Assembly (NCBI GenBank): GCA_039208735.1 | Contig: JBCCQY010000007.1 | Span: forward strand, 40,841 to 104,840 | Reading direction: 5' to 3' | Length of the DNA stretch: 64,000 nucleotides | From: Myxococcota bacterium | GTDB lineage: Bacteria; Myxococcota_A; UBA796; GCA-2862545 | Part shown: positions 37,663 through 47,737 of the stretch, piece after piece | Position numbering within the stretch: position 1 is the stretch's first letter | How the letters are laid out: each line of letters begins with the position of its first letter | Notes under the pieces: generated by a model | What the model was told of the DNA's origin: nothing | What the model saw: the letters and a program-made list of their open reading frames with translations, nothing else | Databases searched by the model: none | Made by a program: the position numbers and the translations under genes

Positions 37663-38609
37663 TAGAGCGGGTCCCCGCACAACGCCCAACCCTCTTTGAG
37701 GTGGATGGAGTGCGCCTTGGTGCCGCAAGGCTGCGACAGGTCATGGAACTCGGGGCACTGATTCACGTATGCGCAGTAATGCTGCATCTCGAGCGTATTG
37801 GTGCTGTTCTGGTCGATGTAGAACGTGCCAAGGTAAACCCGCTCTTTCAGCTTGAAGTGACCCTTCACGCCGTTGTCGTAGTCCCGCATTACGTACTGGT
37901 CGCCGCAGTTCGCTTCGGAGGGAAGCGGAACCCCGGTGGGGTTCGAATCGTTTCGGACCCGGAATACCGCCGACTCGTTTTTCTGGCTGCTCCCCGACTC
38001 GGCAATTCCCGCCTTATAAAGACGATAGTAGCCGGTAGGGGGCGGATCCTTCATCTCGAGCGTGACGACCTTATGGAGGTCGTGGGCCAAGCCCACCACC
38101 GCTTCGGCGGTCTTGCGCTCGAAGTTGATGTCGGTCGTGCAGATCGCGTCGTCCACGATGCTCGGGATTTGGTCGCTCATGGCCTGTCCATGAACTTCCA
38201 GCGAGTTCTGACCCAAGAAGCTCGCAAAAAACGTATTCGAAGCGTTCTTACCCGTACGCGAGACCTTCGCCTCCGCCGCCTCGATGAAGGGGCTTGCTAG
38301 GAACGCACCGTTGGTGCGGTCGACCCGGCCCCACGAAATCCCATCTAGGTTGAACGGTTTGTTGTCGAACGACGACAGATGATTGGCCACCACGTTTTTC
38401 GCCATCAACTCGGCTTCGCCAACCGACTTGCCCTCGGCATAGGCCACGATCGCTGTGTGAGCCGCCGCGTAGGCGACCGACTCGGCTTCGCTCGAATGCA
38501 CCGACATCATACCCATGTCCACGGCGCCTGCTGCCAAGACCACAAGCGGAACCATGCCCAGGGCAAGGATCATTCCGTACTGACCGCGTTTGCGTTCTGC
38601 ACTCCGCAT
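37662..38609 (-). CDS. TadG-like Flp pilus assembly protein
   Basis: RKRGQYGMILAL...AGAVDMG...AAAHTA; TFFASFLG; RBS GGAGG. Confidence 0.75.
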   Translation of the reverse strand: MRSAERKRGQYGMILALGMVPLVVLAAGAVDMGMMSVHSSEAESVAYAAAHTAIVAYAEGKSVGEAELMAKNVVANHLSSFDNKPFNLDGISWGRVDRTNGAFLASPFIEAAEAKVSRTGKNASNTFFASFLGQNSLEVHGQAMSDQIPSIVDDAICTTDINFERKTAEAVVGLAHDLHKVVTLEMKDPPPTGYYRLYKAGIAESGSSQKNESAVFRVRNDSNPTGVPLPSEANCGDQYVMRDYDNGVKGHFKLKERVYLGTFYIDQNSTNTLEMQHYCAYVNQCPEFHDLSQPCGTKAHSIHLKEGWALCGDPL

Positions 38610-38717
38610 CCCGACCTCCTTCTCCCCGCCGGCGCATTTTGGCAGGACCCTGTTGACAAGCAACTTACGGTTGTGTTGCAAAGCTGATAAGCCTCTTTCG
38701 AACATATCAATTCCACA

Positions 38718-41675
38718 TCAAACGGATGCTACCATACGATTCAAAAGACGGAGTGCGTAAGGGCCTTGGGCCGCGAGCGGCTGCCAGGGTTCTCCATCGA
38801 ACCATCTGGCCAATCGCTCACCCGCCCTGCGCTCACACGCGAAAACGGGTCGCGCGGCGGCCAGAATCCCCGATGCATCGCCTTTTTTCGACTGAAAGCG
38901 AGCTAGGCTTAGGAAAAACCGAATGAGACTCTCGCGGCGGGGCCCGAGCAGCTGGGTCGCTTTGTCAAGGGCATTGCCGTAGCACCGGCAAGCTGCCGCC
39001 AGGTTGCCCTGCAAATGCTCGACGTTCCCCAAAAGCATATCCGCAAAGGCTTGACTGCTTCGAAACTGCAGGTCGCCCCTGGACCAACCGGGGGACAAGG
39101 TATGCAACACGGAGTGGGCGATTTCAGCCCCCGAGGTAAGGTTACCGTATTCGATGTCGCATATCGCAATTATAAGCTTGCACTCTGCAGCCGACCGTTG
39201 TTGCTCAGCCTCAACAAAGTACCGTACTGCCGCACTGGCGTAGGTGCGTGCTTGGTCGTGGTCGGGCACGTGTAAGAAGTACTCTGCGTGCTCACGGTGA
39301 CATTGGGCCATGCCCGTGACGTGCCCGTCGGCGACCGCCAATGCAGCCGAAAGGTCCGCGTAGGCCTCGTACAGACGCCCCTCACGCATCAGGACTTTAC
39401 CCCGTGCGTTCCGAGACATCCCTTCCATCGCAACCAGCCCTAACCGGCGTGAGAGCGTCAACGCGTCTTCGAACGCCAACTTTGCCTGACGCACCTCGCC
39501 CATCCGTAGGAAGAGCGCCCCGCGGTTGAGGTGTCCTAAAATCACCGGGCCCGGCTCACCGGTGCGCTTCGCGGCCACCATGCCGCGATCGAGGTGTTTC
39601 GCGGCTGCATCGGCCTGGCAGGTCCAGCGGTGCCATTGCCCGAGCGACAGGTGGGTGTTCGCGATCAACTTGTCGTTGCCCTCGTCCTCTGCCAGGGCAA
39701 GGCTCTTGTGTAAGAGGTCCAGAGCAGCCTCACCATGCTCAAGGTGCAGCAGGTGAATCCCGAGCGCCGCCATCAGCGCCGAGTGCAACGGACCTTGCCC
39801 CGCCGCAAGCGTCGCGCGCATCGGCTCAAGGGCCGGCGCTCCGGGCTCGGCCGTCATCAAGGGGGCCGCATCGAGGATGAGGGCCTCGGCAGCCCCAAAA
39901 TCGGTTTGAAGGGAATGTTCATGCGCTTCTAGGACGTTAGTGAGTTCCGCCAAGAACGAGGATAGAACCTAACTCATCCTTGATGTTTGGGCCTGCGTTC
40001 GCCACTCCCGCACGCGCTGGCGATAGGCCTTTAGGTGTCGGGCTCGCAGCACATCGTCATCCTCGAGACGCTCGGCGGCAAAGAAGCGCACGGTGTCGAG
40101 CAAGGTGAAAACGGCCTGGCCGTACCGATCGAGGCGCGTGTTCAGCAATGACTTGCTGACGAGCGATGAAAGCTGTACGAGCGAGTCGTCGACGGTCAAC
40201 ACCTCACTTGCAATGCGCGCACTGAACGGTCCTCGGAACACCGTGCACTGGGAGAGGGTGGTTCGTTCCTCATTGGTGAGCATGGACCAAGACCAGTCCA
40301 CCATTCCTCTTAGGGTCGACGCCCGAGGAGTTGCGGGCCGAGGCCCCAACAGGTCCAACCGTTCGGGGAGAAGCCGCAGGAGTTCGTCGAGGCCAAGGGT
40401 CCGAACCTTGGGCACCGCCAGCTCAAGGGCCAAGGGAATGCCCTCGAGAGCCTCGACGAGTTGATCGAGGCCTTCGAGGTCCTCCAGAGCTTTCTGGGAC
40501 CATCCTGCTTGACTCATCCGCTCAATGAGAAGTCGCACCCCATCGTCCGTACTCAATGGACCGACGACAATTCGCTGTTCGCCTCGGCCAAGGGTGGCCT
40601 CACGGGACGTCGCCAACACCCGCAGCTCTCCTGCTGCGGCAAGCCAGCGTTCGACGTGACGCGCCACGGGCCCCGCGATCCGTTCGATCGTATCGAGCAC
40701 CAGCCAACCCGGCCCAACCCGGCGGAGGGCTCGGGCGATCTGGACCGTTTGGGCCTCCGGGCTCATGGCCGGTTCCGCTCGAACCCCGAGCGCCTGGCGA
40801 ACGCCGCGCAACAACCCTTCGGCATCCTTGAGGTTCGCAGCATCGACCCACCATACGGGCGGCCCCCGACGCTCCGTGAGCTGCCGAACGAACTCAAGCG
40901 CGAGACGCGTCTTCCCCATTCCCCCCATGCCCGTCAACGTGACCCAGCGCCCGCCCTTAAACCTCTTCTCAAGAGCGCTTTGTTCAACAGAACGCCCCAC
41001 GAACGCGTCGAGCGCCAACGGCGCGGGGGCGGCTTCGGGCTCGAACCGGACCCCCGCCCCGCGCACCGTCAGAAGATGGCGCGGATTCATGGGATCGGAC
41101 TCAATCTTCGCGCGGAGGCGATGCAGAGTGGTGTGGAGGGTGCTCGTGCGTACGCCCGCTGCGTAGCCCCAGACGTCCTGCAGCAGCCGTTCCCGCGTCA
41201 CTACGCGGCCTCGCCGGTCATCGAGGTACCGCAGGATGGCCACCTCCATGGGAGTCAGCGTCACCCGCCCCTCCGGTCCCAAGACGCAACCCACATCAAA
41301 GTCGATCGACCGATCGTGGAGGCGAATGTTCCGATCGTGAAGGGCCTCGGGGGGAGCGAATCCACGCTCGCCAGGCAGGCCGTCGAAGCGAATCCCGAGC
41401 CCTCGCACGGTCTTGAGGTGATCCGGCGCTTTGGGATCTCGCTCCACTTTCATCCGCAGCCGACGCAGCGTGAAATCCACCATGCGTCGTCCCGGAGCAG
41501 CCGTCCCCCAAACTGCTTGCTGGAGCTGGGGCCGCGGAACCGTCTGTCCTTCATGCTGGACGAGGTACCGTAAAAGCGATAGTTCGAGCGGAGTCAATTC
41601 CACATCGCCATCGGAGCGGACCACCCGCCCGCTCGCCAGGTCGACCGTACAGTCAGCGAACTGCCTTGGTGTCAT
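38718..41675 (-). pseudogene. Tandem OmpR-type wHTH + STAND ATPase + TPR regulator interrupted by one in-frame TAG (39969-39971)
   Basis: Two wHTH domains (LTPLE...HLKTVRGLG; LTPME...HLLTVRGAG); Walker A GMGGMGKT; LVLD; GIPLALELA; frame continues past the TAG as VLSSFLAELTNV into TPRs. Confidence 0.75.
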
Positions 41676-41784
41676 CGGCACCCCAGGATCCGGATTCCGT
41701 CGGGGGTAACCGTCTTCGGGAGACTTGAAAACCATTCGGCGCCTTGTCGCGACCTTAATGCAACAGGTCCCGTCGGGCGCTTTT

Positions 41785-41937
41785 CACGTGGCGTAAGGAA
41801 GCTCGACTCCTTACGTCGTGTATGGGTGTGGGACTCGTGGCGGGACTTCCGAACTCGTCTTCTAAGCGAAACATCGCAGTCGCGCACTTCCTCCCCACCC
41901 ACTCTCCTGCCCCGGCGAGCCTTGGCCCCCGCAGGAG
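41785..41937 (+). ncRNA. Candidate structured RNA (Y-RNA-like) upstream of a TROVE-like gene
   Basis: Three consecutive hairpins at 41785-41820, 41823-41901 and 41904-41937; central stem GACT-TC-CGA / TCG-C-AGTC. Confidence 0.45.
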
Positions 41938-41969
41938 CGTGACACCACCAAATCCATCTGGGGGGCGTC

Positions 41970-43376
41970 GTGCTCGACGAAGGGGTGCTGGAGCGAGAAG
42001 ACGTGGCGTTGTTCATCAACGCAGCGACGACGTGCACCGGCCAATCCGAGTTTTACGGAGATGCCCGCGAGCAACGTGTCTCGCTAGGTTTCCTGCACGA
42101 TTACGTTTTCGGTAACTACCGACGTCTGTACGCATTGTGCCTGGCCGCAGGCATCAACCACTTCAACCGCGCAGCGATCGTGCACCGCCTCCTGGCTGCG
42201 GGAGCCCCTTCGGACCCCGTCCGCCGGGTGGAAGAAGCCGCGTTGATCGCGGGAGCCCTTCGGCAGTTGCCCCCGCAGCGCGTCTACCGGCTGTTTACGA
42301 CGCTGCGCCACCACCGCGTCAACAATCGACGGAGCCGGGCCACCATTCACACCTGGCTGGCCCAACGGCCCGACCTAACGTTCGATGCAGTGAAGTACCG
42401 GGGTCCCCTTCGTTCGGCCCTACGTCATGCCCATCTGCCGCTCGACGTGGAACTCCGCGAGTTTCTATTCGAGGGGCCGAACCACCGACCGCAGTGGTCC
42501 GCTCCGCTGCTCGATGCCTTTCGCCGAGCCCGCTACGATCAGCGAGCCATCTACGAGCTGCCTTACACCGTGGCCGAAGGCCTCGCGGCCACCAAGGGCA
42601 TTCCCCGGGAGCGCTTTCTCAAGACCATCGAGCCTCGGCTAACGGCCGCGGAACGGGTTCGTCTCAACCGCTTGGCAGATGACGGAGGCTGGGCCACCCT
42701 CGATCTAGAACGCGTCCCCTTGGACCGCCTTTGCGTGTTGGTGCTTGCCCAACCCGTCGGGGAACGGTCGGAGGCGTTCCGGGCGGCGCTGAACCACCAG
42801 GCCAAACGCGTCTGGCGCGGTCAGGCGTCGCCGGCCCAGCACATTCACGTGGTGCTCGACAACAGCTTTTCCTCACGATCCGGGGCCCAAAAGCGGAACC
42901 AAGCGTTGGCCGTCACGCTGGGATGCACCAAAGTGCTCGAAGCGGGGGCAAAGAGCTACCGCCGGTGGTGGACGAGCGGGGCGACCGATGACCTGCGCGT
43001 CACGCCTCGCGGCCAGACCGACCTGGCGACCCCGTTGCTCGCCGCATTGGAGGGAAAGCCCGATCTCGTGGTCGTGGTTTCGGATGGCTTCGACAACGAT
43101 CCTCCAGGGGCGGCAGGCGAGGTTGTCCGGCTCTTCCGCACCCACATCGACCCCAAGCGACACACCACCATCGTCCACGTAAATCCCGTGTTCGATGCCC
43201 AGCGCTTCATGCCAAGACCCCTAGGTCCAGGTGTGCCTATGGTCGGAATTCGGGATCCGGCCAACCTGCCGCTCAAGCTCGGCTTCGCATCCTTCGTGCA
43301 CGGGTCGTCTCGCATCGAAGCCCTTGAAGCCTGGCTCCTCAAGCGCGCCGAACCCTGGCTGCGGGAGGTCCCATGA
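41970..43376 (+). CDS. Ro60/TROVE-like helical protein with C-terminal vWA domain
   Basis: Arg-rich helical N-terminal region; vWA MIDAS VVLDNSFS, GQTDLA, VVVVSDGFDN. Confidence 0.65.
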   Translation: MLDEGVLEREDVALFINAATTCTGQSEFYGDAREQRVSLGFLHDYVFGNYRRLYALCLAAGINHFNRAAIVHRLLAAGAPSDPVRRVEEAALIAGALRQLPPQRVYRLFTTLRHHRVNNRRSRATIHTWLAQRPDLTFDAVKYRGPLRSALRHAHLPLDVELREFLFEGPNHRPQWSAPLLDAFRRARYDQRAIYELPYTVAEGLAATKGIPRERFLKTIEPRLTAAERVRLNRLADDGGWATLDLERVPLDRLCVLVLAQPVGERSEAFRAALNHQAKRVWRGQASPAQHIHVVLDNSFSSRSGAQKRNQALAVTLGCTKVLEAGAKSYRRWWTSGATDDLRVTPRGQTDLATPLLAALEGKPDLVVVVSDGFDNDPPGAAGEVVRLFRTHIDPKRHTTIVHVNPVFDAQRFMPRPLGPGVPMVGIRDPANLPLKLGFASFVHGSSRIEALEAWLLKRAEPWLREVP

Positions 43377-44503
43377 TCTTGGAAGCCCGAGGCCTCGACC
43401 TGCGACCGCCACAGGTTTGGGGCACCATTCGGCTCGTTCCCATCGTGAGGGACGTTCCGCTCGTGGACCTTCGGCTCGCCGTCCGACCCTATGAGGGCGC
43501 CATCGCGGTCACCGAAGTGTCGAAGCGACATCGGTACATCAGCTACGTGCCCCATGGCATCGTGATGCGATGGAATGAGCGAGGCGAAGCCGCGGTGCCC
43601 GTTGAAACGCGCATCGGCGCTCGCGAGCTACGGCAGGAAGGCCCCGTGGTCTGGCTCAAACGCATGGTCCGCCGCGAAGCGCGCGACCAACTGAGACTGT
43701 TGCCCTTGCACACGGCCATGGAAGGCTTCTTGGCCTTGCATTTCGGCGGACCCCAGGTGGCTCACCGGTACTACTCCAAGCGCGTTCTGTCGGACGGCTT
43801 CGATCCTCGAGTCGAAGGCTCGGTTCGCGGCGAAGCGCTCCCGGGTCTCGATGAAGCATTGCGAACCTTCGAAGTCCATGACGGGCAGTGTGGCATGTTG
43901 ATTTTCGTGGGCGACCACCTGGCTTCGGCCATGCTCGTCGCCCATCCAGACGACTACCTCGCCCTGCACGAGGCCCTCCTGCAGGACTGCTATGGCACGA
44001 TCGTGGCCCGCTTCGGATGGGGGGCTCGCCGGCAACCCCTGCCCGGCGTGACCCTCGAAGGAACGAGCTTTGAAGCGATCGGCACCTCCCTCCAGCGTGC
44101 GCGGGACACCTGGGCCTGGTACGCCCGCGAGATGTCGACCGGCCTTTTGGGGCGGTCGATCCAGGCCACCACCCTACGTCAGGTAGGCAACTACTCGTTG
44201 GTTCGATTCTCGACGGGCTTCGATGTGGAGCGCGTGACACAGGACGGCGAGCACCTTGGTGAAGCCTTGGTTGCCGCGGACGGCACCCTTGCGTATCTCA
44301 AGACCTACCGTCTCGATCGGGGACAGAGCCGACGGGGACGGATGTTGTCGCGGCTCGCAGAGCACGATTGGGACATCCGAGCCCTGGCCAATGCGGACGG
44401 GCACGGCAAGATCGGCCGTGTCGTGGGCGATTTGGTGGCCGCAGGCCTCGACTGGGTGGTTCGAGACGAGATCCGACGTCAAGGCGGGTCGGAAGGCGTG
44501 TGA
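43373..44503 (+). CDS. ARPP-2-like domain protein with C-terminal HTH-like tail
   Basis: QVWGTIRLVP, YVPHG, LLPLHTAMEGFLALHFGGP, FEVHDGQCG, HPDDY, YLKTYRL; ATGA-coupled to the vWA gene; family assignment from memory. Confidence 0.6.
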   Translation: MILEARGLDLRPPQVWGTIRLVPIVRDVPLVDLRLAVRPYEGAIAVTEVSKRHRYISYVPHGIVMRWNERGEAAVPVETRIGARELRQEGPVVWLKRMVRREARDQLRLLPLHTAMEGFLALHFGGPQVAHRYYSKRVLSDGFDPRVEGSVRGEALPGLDEALRTFEVHDGQCGMLIFVGDHLASAMLVAHPDDYLALHEALLQDCYGTIVARFGWGARRQPLPGVTLEGTSFEAIGTSLQRARDTWAWYAREMSTGLLGRSIQATTLRQVGNYSLVRFSTGFDVERVTQDGEHLGEALVAADGTLAYLKTYRLDRGQSRRGRMLSRLAEHDWDIRALANADGHGKIGRVVGDLVAAGLDWVVRDEIRRQGGSEGV

Positions 44504-45348
44504 GGGTCGCTGAGGGCGGTATCGACCATCCAGCTCATCAAGGCTCGAACCCGAGGATTCCTACGGAGGTCAGGATGGGTGAGCACCCACATGGACTGGG
44601 GGAACGTTCGTGGCTCGCTCACCCGTACCAAGTCGGGCCATCGCTCTGCGATGAGACAGGGCAGGTACGCCACCACCTCCCCCCGTCGTGCCGCCTCAAG
44701 CTGTAGAATGTGAGCGTTCGCCCGTAAGATCACGGGTGCACTAGGGGCCAGCTGACGCCGCGCTTGGTCCATCACCGACGCTGTCTCGAACTCCGAAGTC
44801 CAACAGACCCAGGGCAACCCTTCGAGCCCCTGTTGCGCGACGGAAGCCGACGCGTAGGCCGCCATGGCCAGGTACCCGACCCGCCGACCCACAAGGTGTT
44901 CGGCGGCCTGGCGCGTCAGCCGTACCGCAACGTCGGCTTCGCGGCGGTGGAGGCTGCGCAGCGAGTCAGCGGCGACCACCTCGAGCGATAGCCTCGGATA
45001 GGCTCTCCCAAACGCCGCCAATCGATCGACCCAGGCTGTCGCGATGAGTTCGGGCAACGTCAACACCACCCGTCCCACCAGGTCGAGGTGCCCACCTGCG
45101 ACCCGCCGTTCCAGTTCGAGCAGCGCGCGTTCCATGGCCTCGGCGGTCTCGCGATGGGCCTCCCCGGCGGGAGTTAGCTCCACGCCGCCTCGCAATCGCC
45201 CAAACAAGGCGGTGCCCCTCACCTCGGCAAACTTGCGGAGCCGCCGCGTCACCGTCGTCTGGCTGACCCCCAACGCCTCGGCCGCGCCCGTCAGCGTTCC
45301 CGCCCGGCTCACGGCCAACAACACGCGATAGTCGTCCCAGTCGTGCAT
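44479..45348 (-). CDS. LysR family transcriptional regulator
   Basis: DWDDYR...AAEALGVSQTTVTRR; READVAVR; WVLTHPDLRRNPRVRA. Confidence 0.93.
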   Translation of the reverse strand: MHDWDDYRVLLAVSRAGTLTGAAEALGVSQTTVTRRLRKFAEVRGTALFGRLRGGVELTPAGEAHRETAEAMERALLELERRVAGGHLDLVGRVVLTLPELIATAWVDRLAAFGRAYPRLSLEVVAADSLRSLHRREADVAVRLTRQAAEHLVGRRVGYLAMAAYASASVAQQGLEGLPWVCWTSEFETASVMDQARRQLAPSAPVILRANAHILQLEAARRGEVVAYLPCLIAERWPDLVRVSEPRTFPQSMWVLTHPDLRRNPRVRALMSWMVDTALSDPHTPSDPP

Positions 45349-45462
45349 TCGACCAACCTGCATTTCTGTGAGTTTAACTCTATTCGATAGAGCTGGGCCC
45401 TGCAGCTGCGCAAGTCTATGGAATGGTCATCCTCCCCTTGGTTGAATGAACCTGGAGAACCC

Positions 45463-46023
45463 ATGCCGCTGCTCATCCTGGCCCTGCTCTCGCCGGCCCA
45501 CGCCGATGCTGAACCGAAGGTGCATCACATCGACGTCAGCCGCGAACTTGATCATCCGGCGGGCGACGTGTGGAACGCGATCGCCAAAGACTACGGCAAC
45601 ATCGCGAACATTCACCCGTTGATCGTCCAAAGCGACTACCTGAAAGGGTCCATCGAAGGCGATCTCGGCGTACAGCGGAGCTGCTGGTTCGACGAGAAGG
45701 GCAAACGCACGTTGGTCGAGGAGATCGCGGGCTGGTACCCCAACGACTTCACGTTTGAAAACCGGGTGGTGGACGCAACGCGCTTCCCCGTGGACCCCGA
45801 CCACACGATGGCCGTGTACCGTGTCGTGCCGCTCGGCCCGCAGCGTTCCCGCATCGAAGTTGGATTCGACTTCCGTACGAAGCCCGCGTTGCTCGGGGCG
45901 ATGGCGAAGGGGCGCTTCCGGAACTTGCTCGAAGACCACTTGCTCGCGATCGACCATCACTTGAGGACGGGCGAGTCCGTCAACCGCGACAACTTCAAGC
46001 AGGTTGCGAAGCGATACCGCTAA
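45463..46023 (+). CDS. Secreted SRPBCC (polyketide cyclase-like) protein
   Basis: Signal peptide ending AHA; VWNAIAKDYGNI..IHP...RSC; divergent from LysR. Confidence 0.82.
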   Translation: MPLLILALLSPAHADAEPKVHHIDVSRELDHPAGDVWNAIAKDYGNIANIHPLIVQSDYLKGSIEGDLGVQRSCWFDEKGKRTLVEEIAGWYPNDFTFENRVVDATRFPVDPDHTMAVYRVVPLGPQRSRIEVGFDFRTKPALLGAMAKGRFRNLLEDHLLAIDHHLRTGESVNRDNFKQVAKRYR

Positions 46024-46036
46024 CGACGTCGACGTC
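45950..46036 (+). repeat. 87-bp direct repeat, left copy (att-like)
   Basis: 82/87 identical to 52829-52915 by manual alignment. Confidence 0.92.
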
Positions 46037-46145
46037 ACGTGGGCCGAGATGGACGTGCATCGGTGAGACCGGAACGCCACCCGACGCCATCGACCACCTG
46101 CAGGGGCAGGTGATCTCAGTCGGGGTCGCTACATCGACCCATTCG
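46037..46145 (+). pseudogene. Tyrosine recombinase remnant 1 (TWAEMD plus C-terminal PDAIDHLQG...RGRYIDP)
   Basis: CACGTGGGCCGAGATGGAC nearly matches the sequence near 51534; C-terminal box II and Tyr-like motif. Confidence 0.5.
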
Positions 46146-46149
46146 TGGC

Positions 46150-46923
46150 CTACGACTTGGTGGAGGTGGCGGGGAGCGTGCTCGTTTCCCCATCATCGTC
46201 TCTCAACCACTGCCGGAAGCGCTCGGCTTCGCCGGCATCCACCCCTAACGCCTCGGCCGCTTCGTACCACGCCAATGCGCTAACCAAGTCTAATTCAATG
46301 CCACTTCCTGACGCATAGCAGTTCGCTACTTGCATGACCGCATCGGCTTCGCCCCTGATCGCGGCACGCAGGTACCAATAGAAGGCCTTGTGGCAGTCTG
46401 AGGGGACACCGCGTGCCAGCTCAAAGCTCACGCCAAGGTCGTACATGGCCTCTGTGACCCCCGCCTGAGCAGCGGCATGAAGCAAGGACAGCGCCCGCTC
46501 GTCCGAACATGGATAGCCGTACTCTCCGGCCAAGTACCAGGTGGCAATCGCATACATCGCCCTGGGATCGCCTGATGTCACGGCAAGTTCCATCCGCGAG
46601 CTGACGTCGCCGTCGTCGGCATTGGACGCCGCCAGCTGGATCGCCTCCGCATACGGAGAGGCCTCGCCTTTCGTCGGATGCAAATCTACCTTGTACACAA
46701 CTGCTCCAGACGTTGGTGCTTTCAACGTTACTCGGGCTCCGGCTCCGGGTTCGGAGTCTTCGTGGAGGGACGCTTCTTCCGGTGGCCCGCCGCCTCCGGT
46801 TACGGGCTGGGTAACCGTTGACTCTGGGCGTGTTGGGCACGTCCGACGTCCTGGGCACCAGGCGCAGTCGGCTTGGCCGAGCACCCAGACCGATGGAGGC
46901 TTGCATAGCGCTGCCAGAACCAT
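46150..46923 (-). CDS. Sel1-repeat protein (true start probably downstream of 46923)
   Basis: GDPRAMYAIA, GVTEAMYDLG...KAFYWYLRAA, AVMQVANCYASGSG...ALAWYEAA. Confidence 0.8.
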   Translation of the reverse strand: MVLAALCKPPSVWVLGQADCAWCPGRRTCPTRPESTVTQPVTGGGGPPEEASLHEDSEPGAGARVTLKAPTSGAVVYKVDLHPTKGEASPYAEAIQLAASNADDGDVSSRMELAVTSGDPRAMYAIATWYLAGEYGYPCSDERALSLLHAAAQAGVTEAMYDLGVSFELARGVPSDCHKAFYWYLRAAIRGEADAVMQVANCYASGSGIELDLVSALAWYEAAEALGVDAGEAERFRQWLRDDDGETSTLPATSTKS

Positions 46924-47477
46924 CGCCAGCCGTCACGTTGGAGGACTTCCTCGAACTCGAGCGAGCCACTGGACTCCGGCACGAGTGGATCAAAGGCATG
47001 GCCTCCGCCATGGCCGGGGGAAGCGCGGAGCACTCCAGAATCAAGACGAACCTGCTGCTGGCCATCGGACGACAACTCGAGGGTTCCGACTGTCACGTCG
47101 CGGACAGCGACCAGCGCATTCGGGTCGAGTTGACAGGAGCAACGCTGTACGCCGACGTCGCCGTGATCTGTGGCCCCTATGCCTACGCATCCGACGACCT
47201 ACAGGCGGTGACAAACCCGAAGATCGCAGTGGAGGTCCTGTCCTCGACCACCGAGGACTACGATCGAGGCACCAAATTCCAGCACTATCGCAGGGTTCCT
47301 GGGCTCCTAGAATACGTATTGATCAGCCAGGACGAGCGCCGCATTGAGGTGCGCAGGCGCGCCGAGGACAAGTGGGTGCTCGAAGAGCACACCTCGGGTG
47401 CGCTCGAACTGCTCGAAGGGATCACTGTACCATTCGACACGATCTATGATTTCCGGCATCTGCGTCCCGAAGGGTGA
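46893..47477 (+). CDS. Uma2 (DUF820) family endonuclease-like protein
   Basis: RHEWIKG..AMAGGSAEH, YADVAVICG, NPKIAVEVLSSTTEDYDRGTKF.HYR, EYVLISQ. Confidence 0.92.
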   Translation: MEACIALPEPSPAVTLEDFLELERATGLRHEWIKGMASAMAGGSAEHSRIKTNLLLAIGRQLEGSDCHVADSDQRIRVELTGATLYADVAVICGPYAYASDDLQAVTNPKIAVEVLSSTTEDYDRGTKFQHYRRVPGLLEYVLISQDERRIEVRRRAEDKWVLEEHTSGALELLEGITVPFDTIYDFRHLRPEG

Positions 47478-47499
47478 TCTCAAGGCGGGCATCAAGGGC

Positions 47500-47700
47500 C
47501 CGACGCCTCGTCTGGGAGACCAGGTCTCTGCACTGGTGCGACCTCGATATCCAGCGCCACCTGCTCACCATCGAGCCGGGGATCACCAAGAAGAAGTGTG
47601 GGCACCTGATCCCTCTGAGCCTCATCTCGTGGAACAGCTCTCTGGCTGGCCGAGGGCCACCGTCTGGTTGATCCCGTCGCCGGCCAAGGGGTCGGACCCG
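47500..47700 (+). pseudogene. Tyrosine recombinase remnant 2
   Basis: ET..LHWCDLD...LTIEPGITKKKCGHLIPLS, then after a frameshift HLVEQLSGW...WLIPSP. Confidence 0.6.
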
Positions 47701-47737
47701 GCAGCCGCGGCCGCGAGAGGTAGCCCCCCGGACTTCA

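Noticed and set aside
41855..41869. Amber-suppressor (CUA) tRNA that could read the TAG in the neighbouring STAND gene
   Set aside because: In the 7-nt loop CTTCTAA the anticodon register is TCT, not CTA, and there is no cloverleaf or acceptor stem
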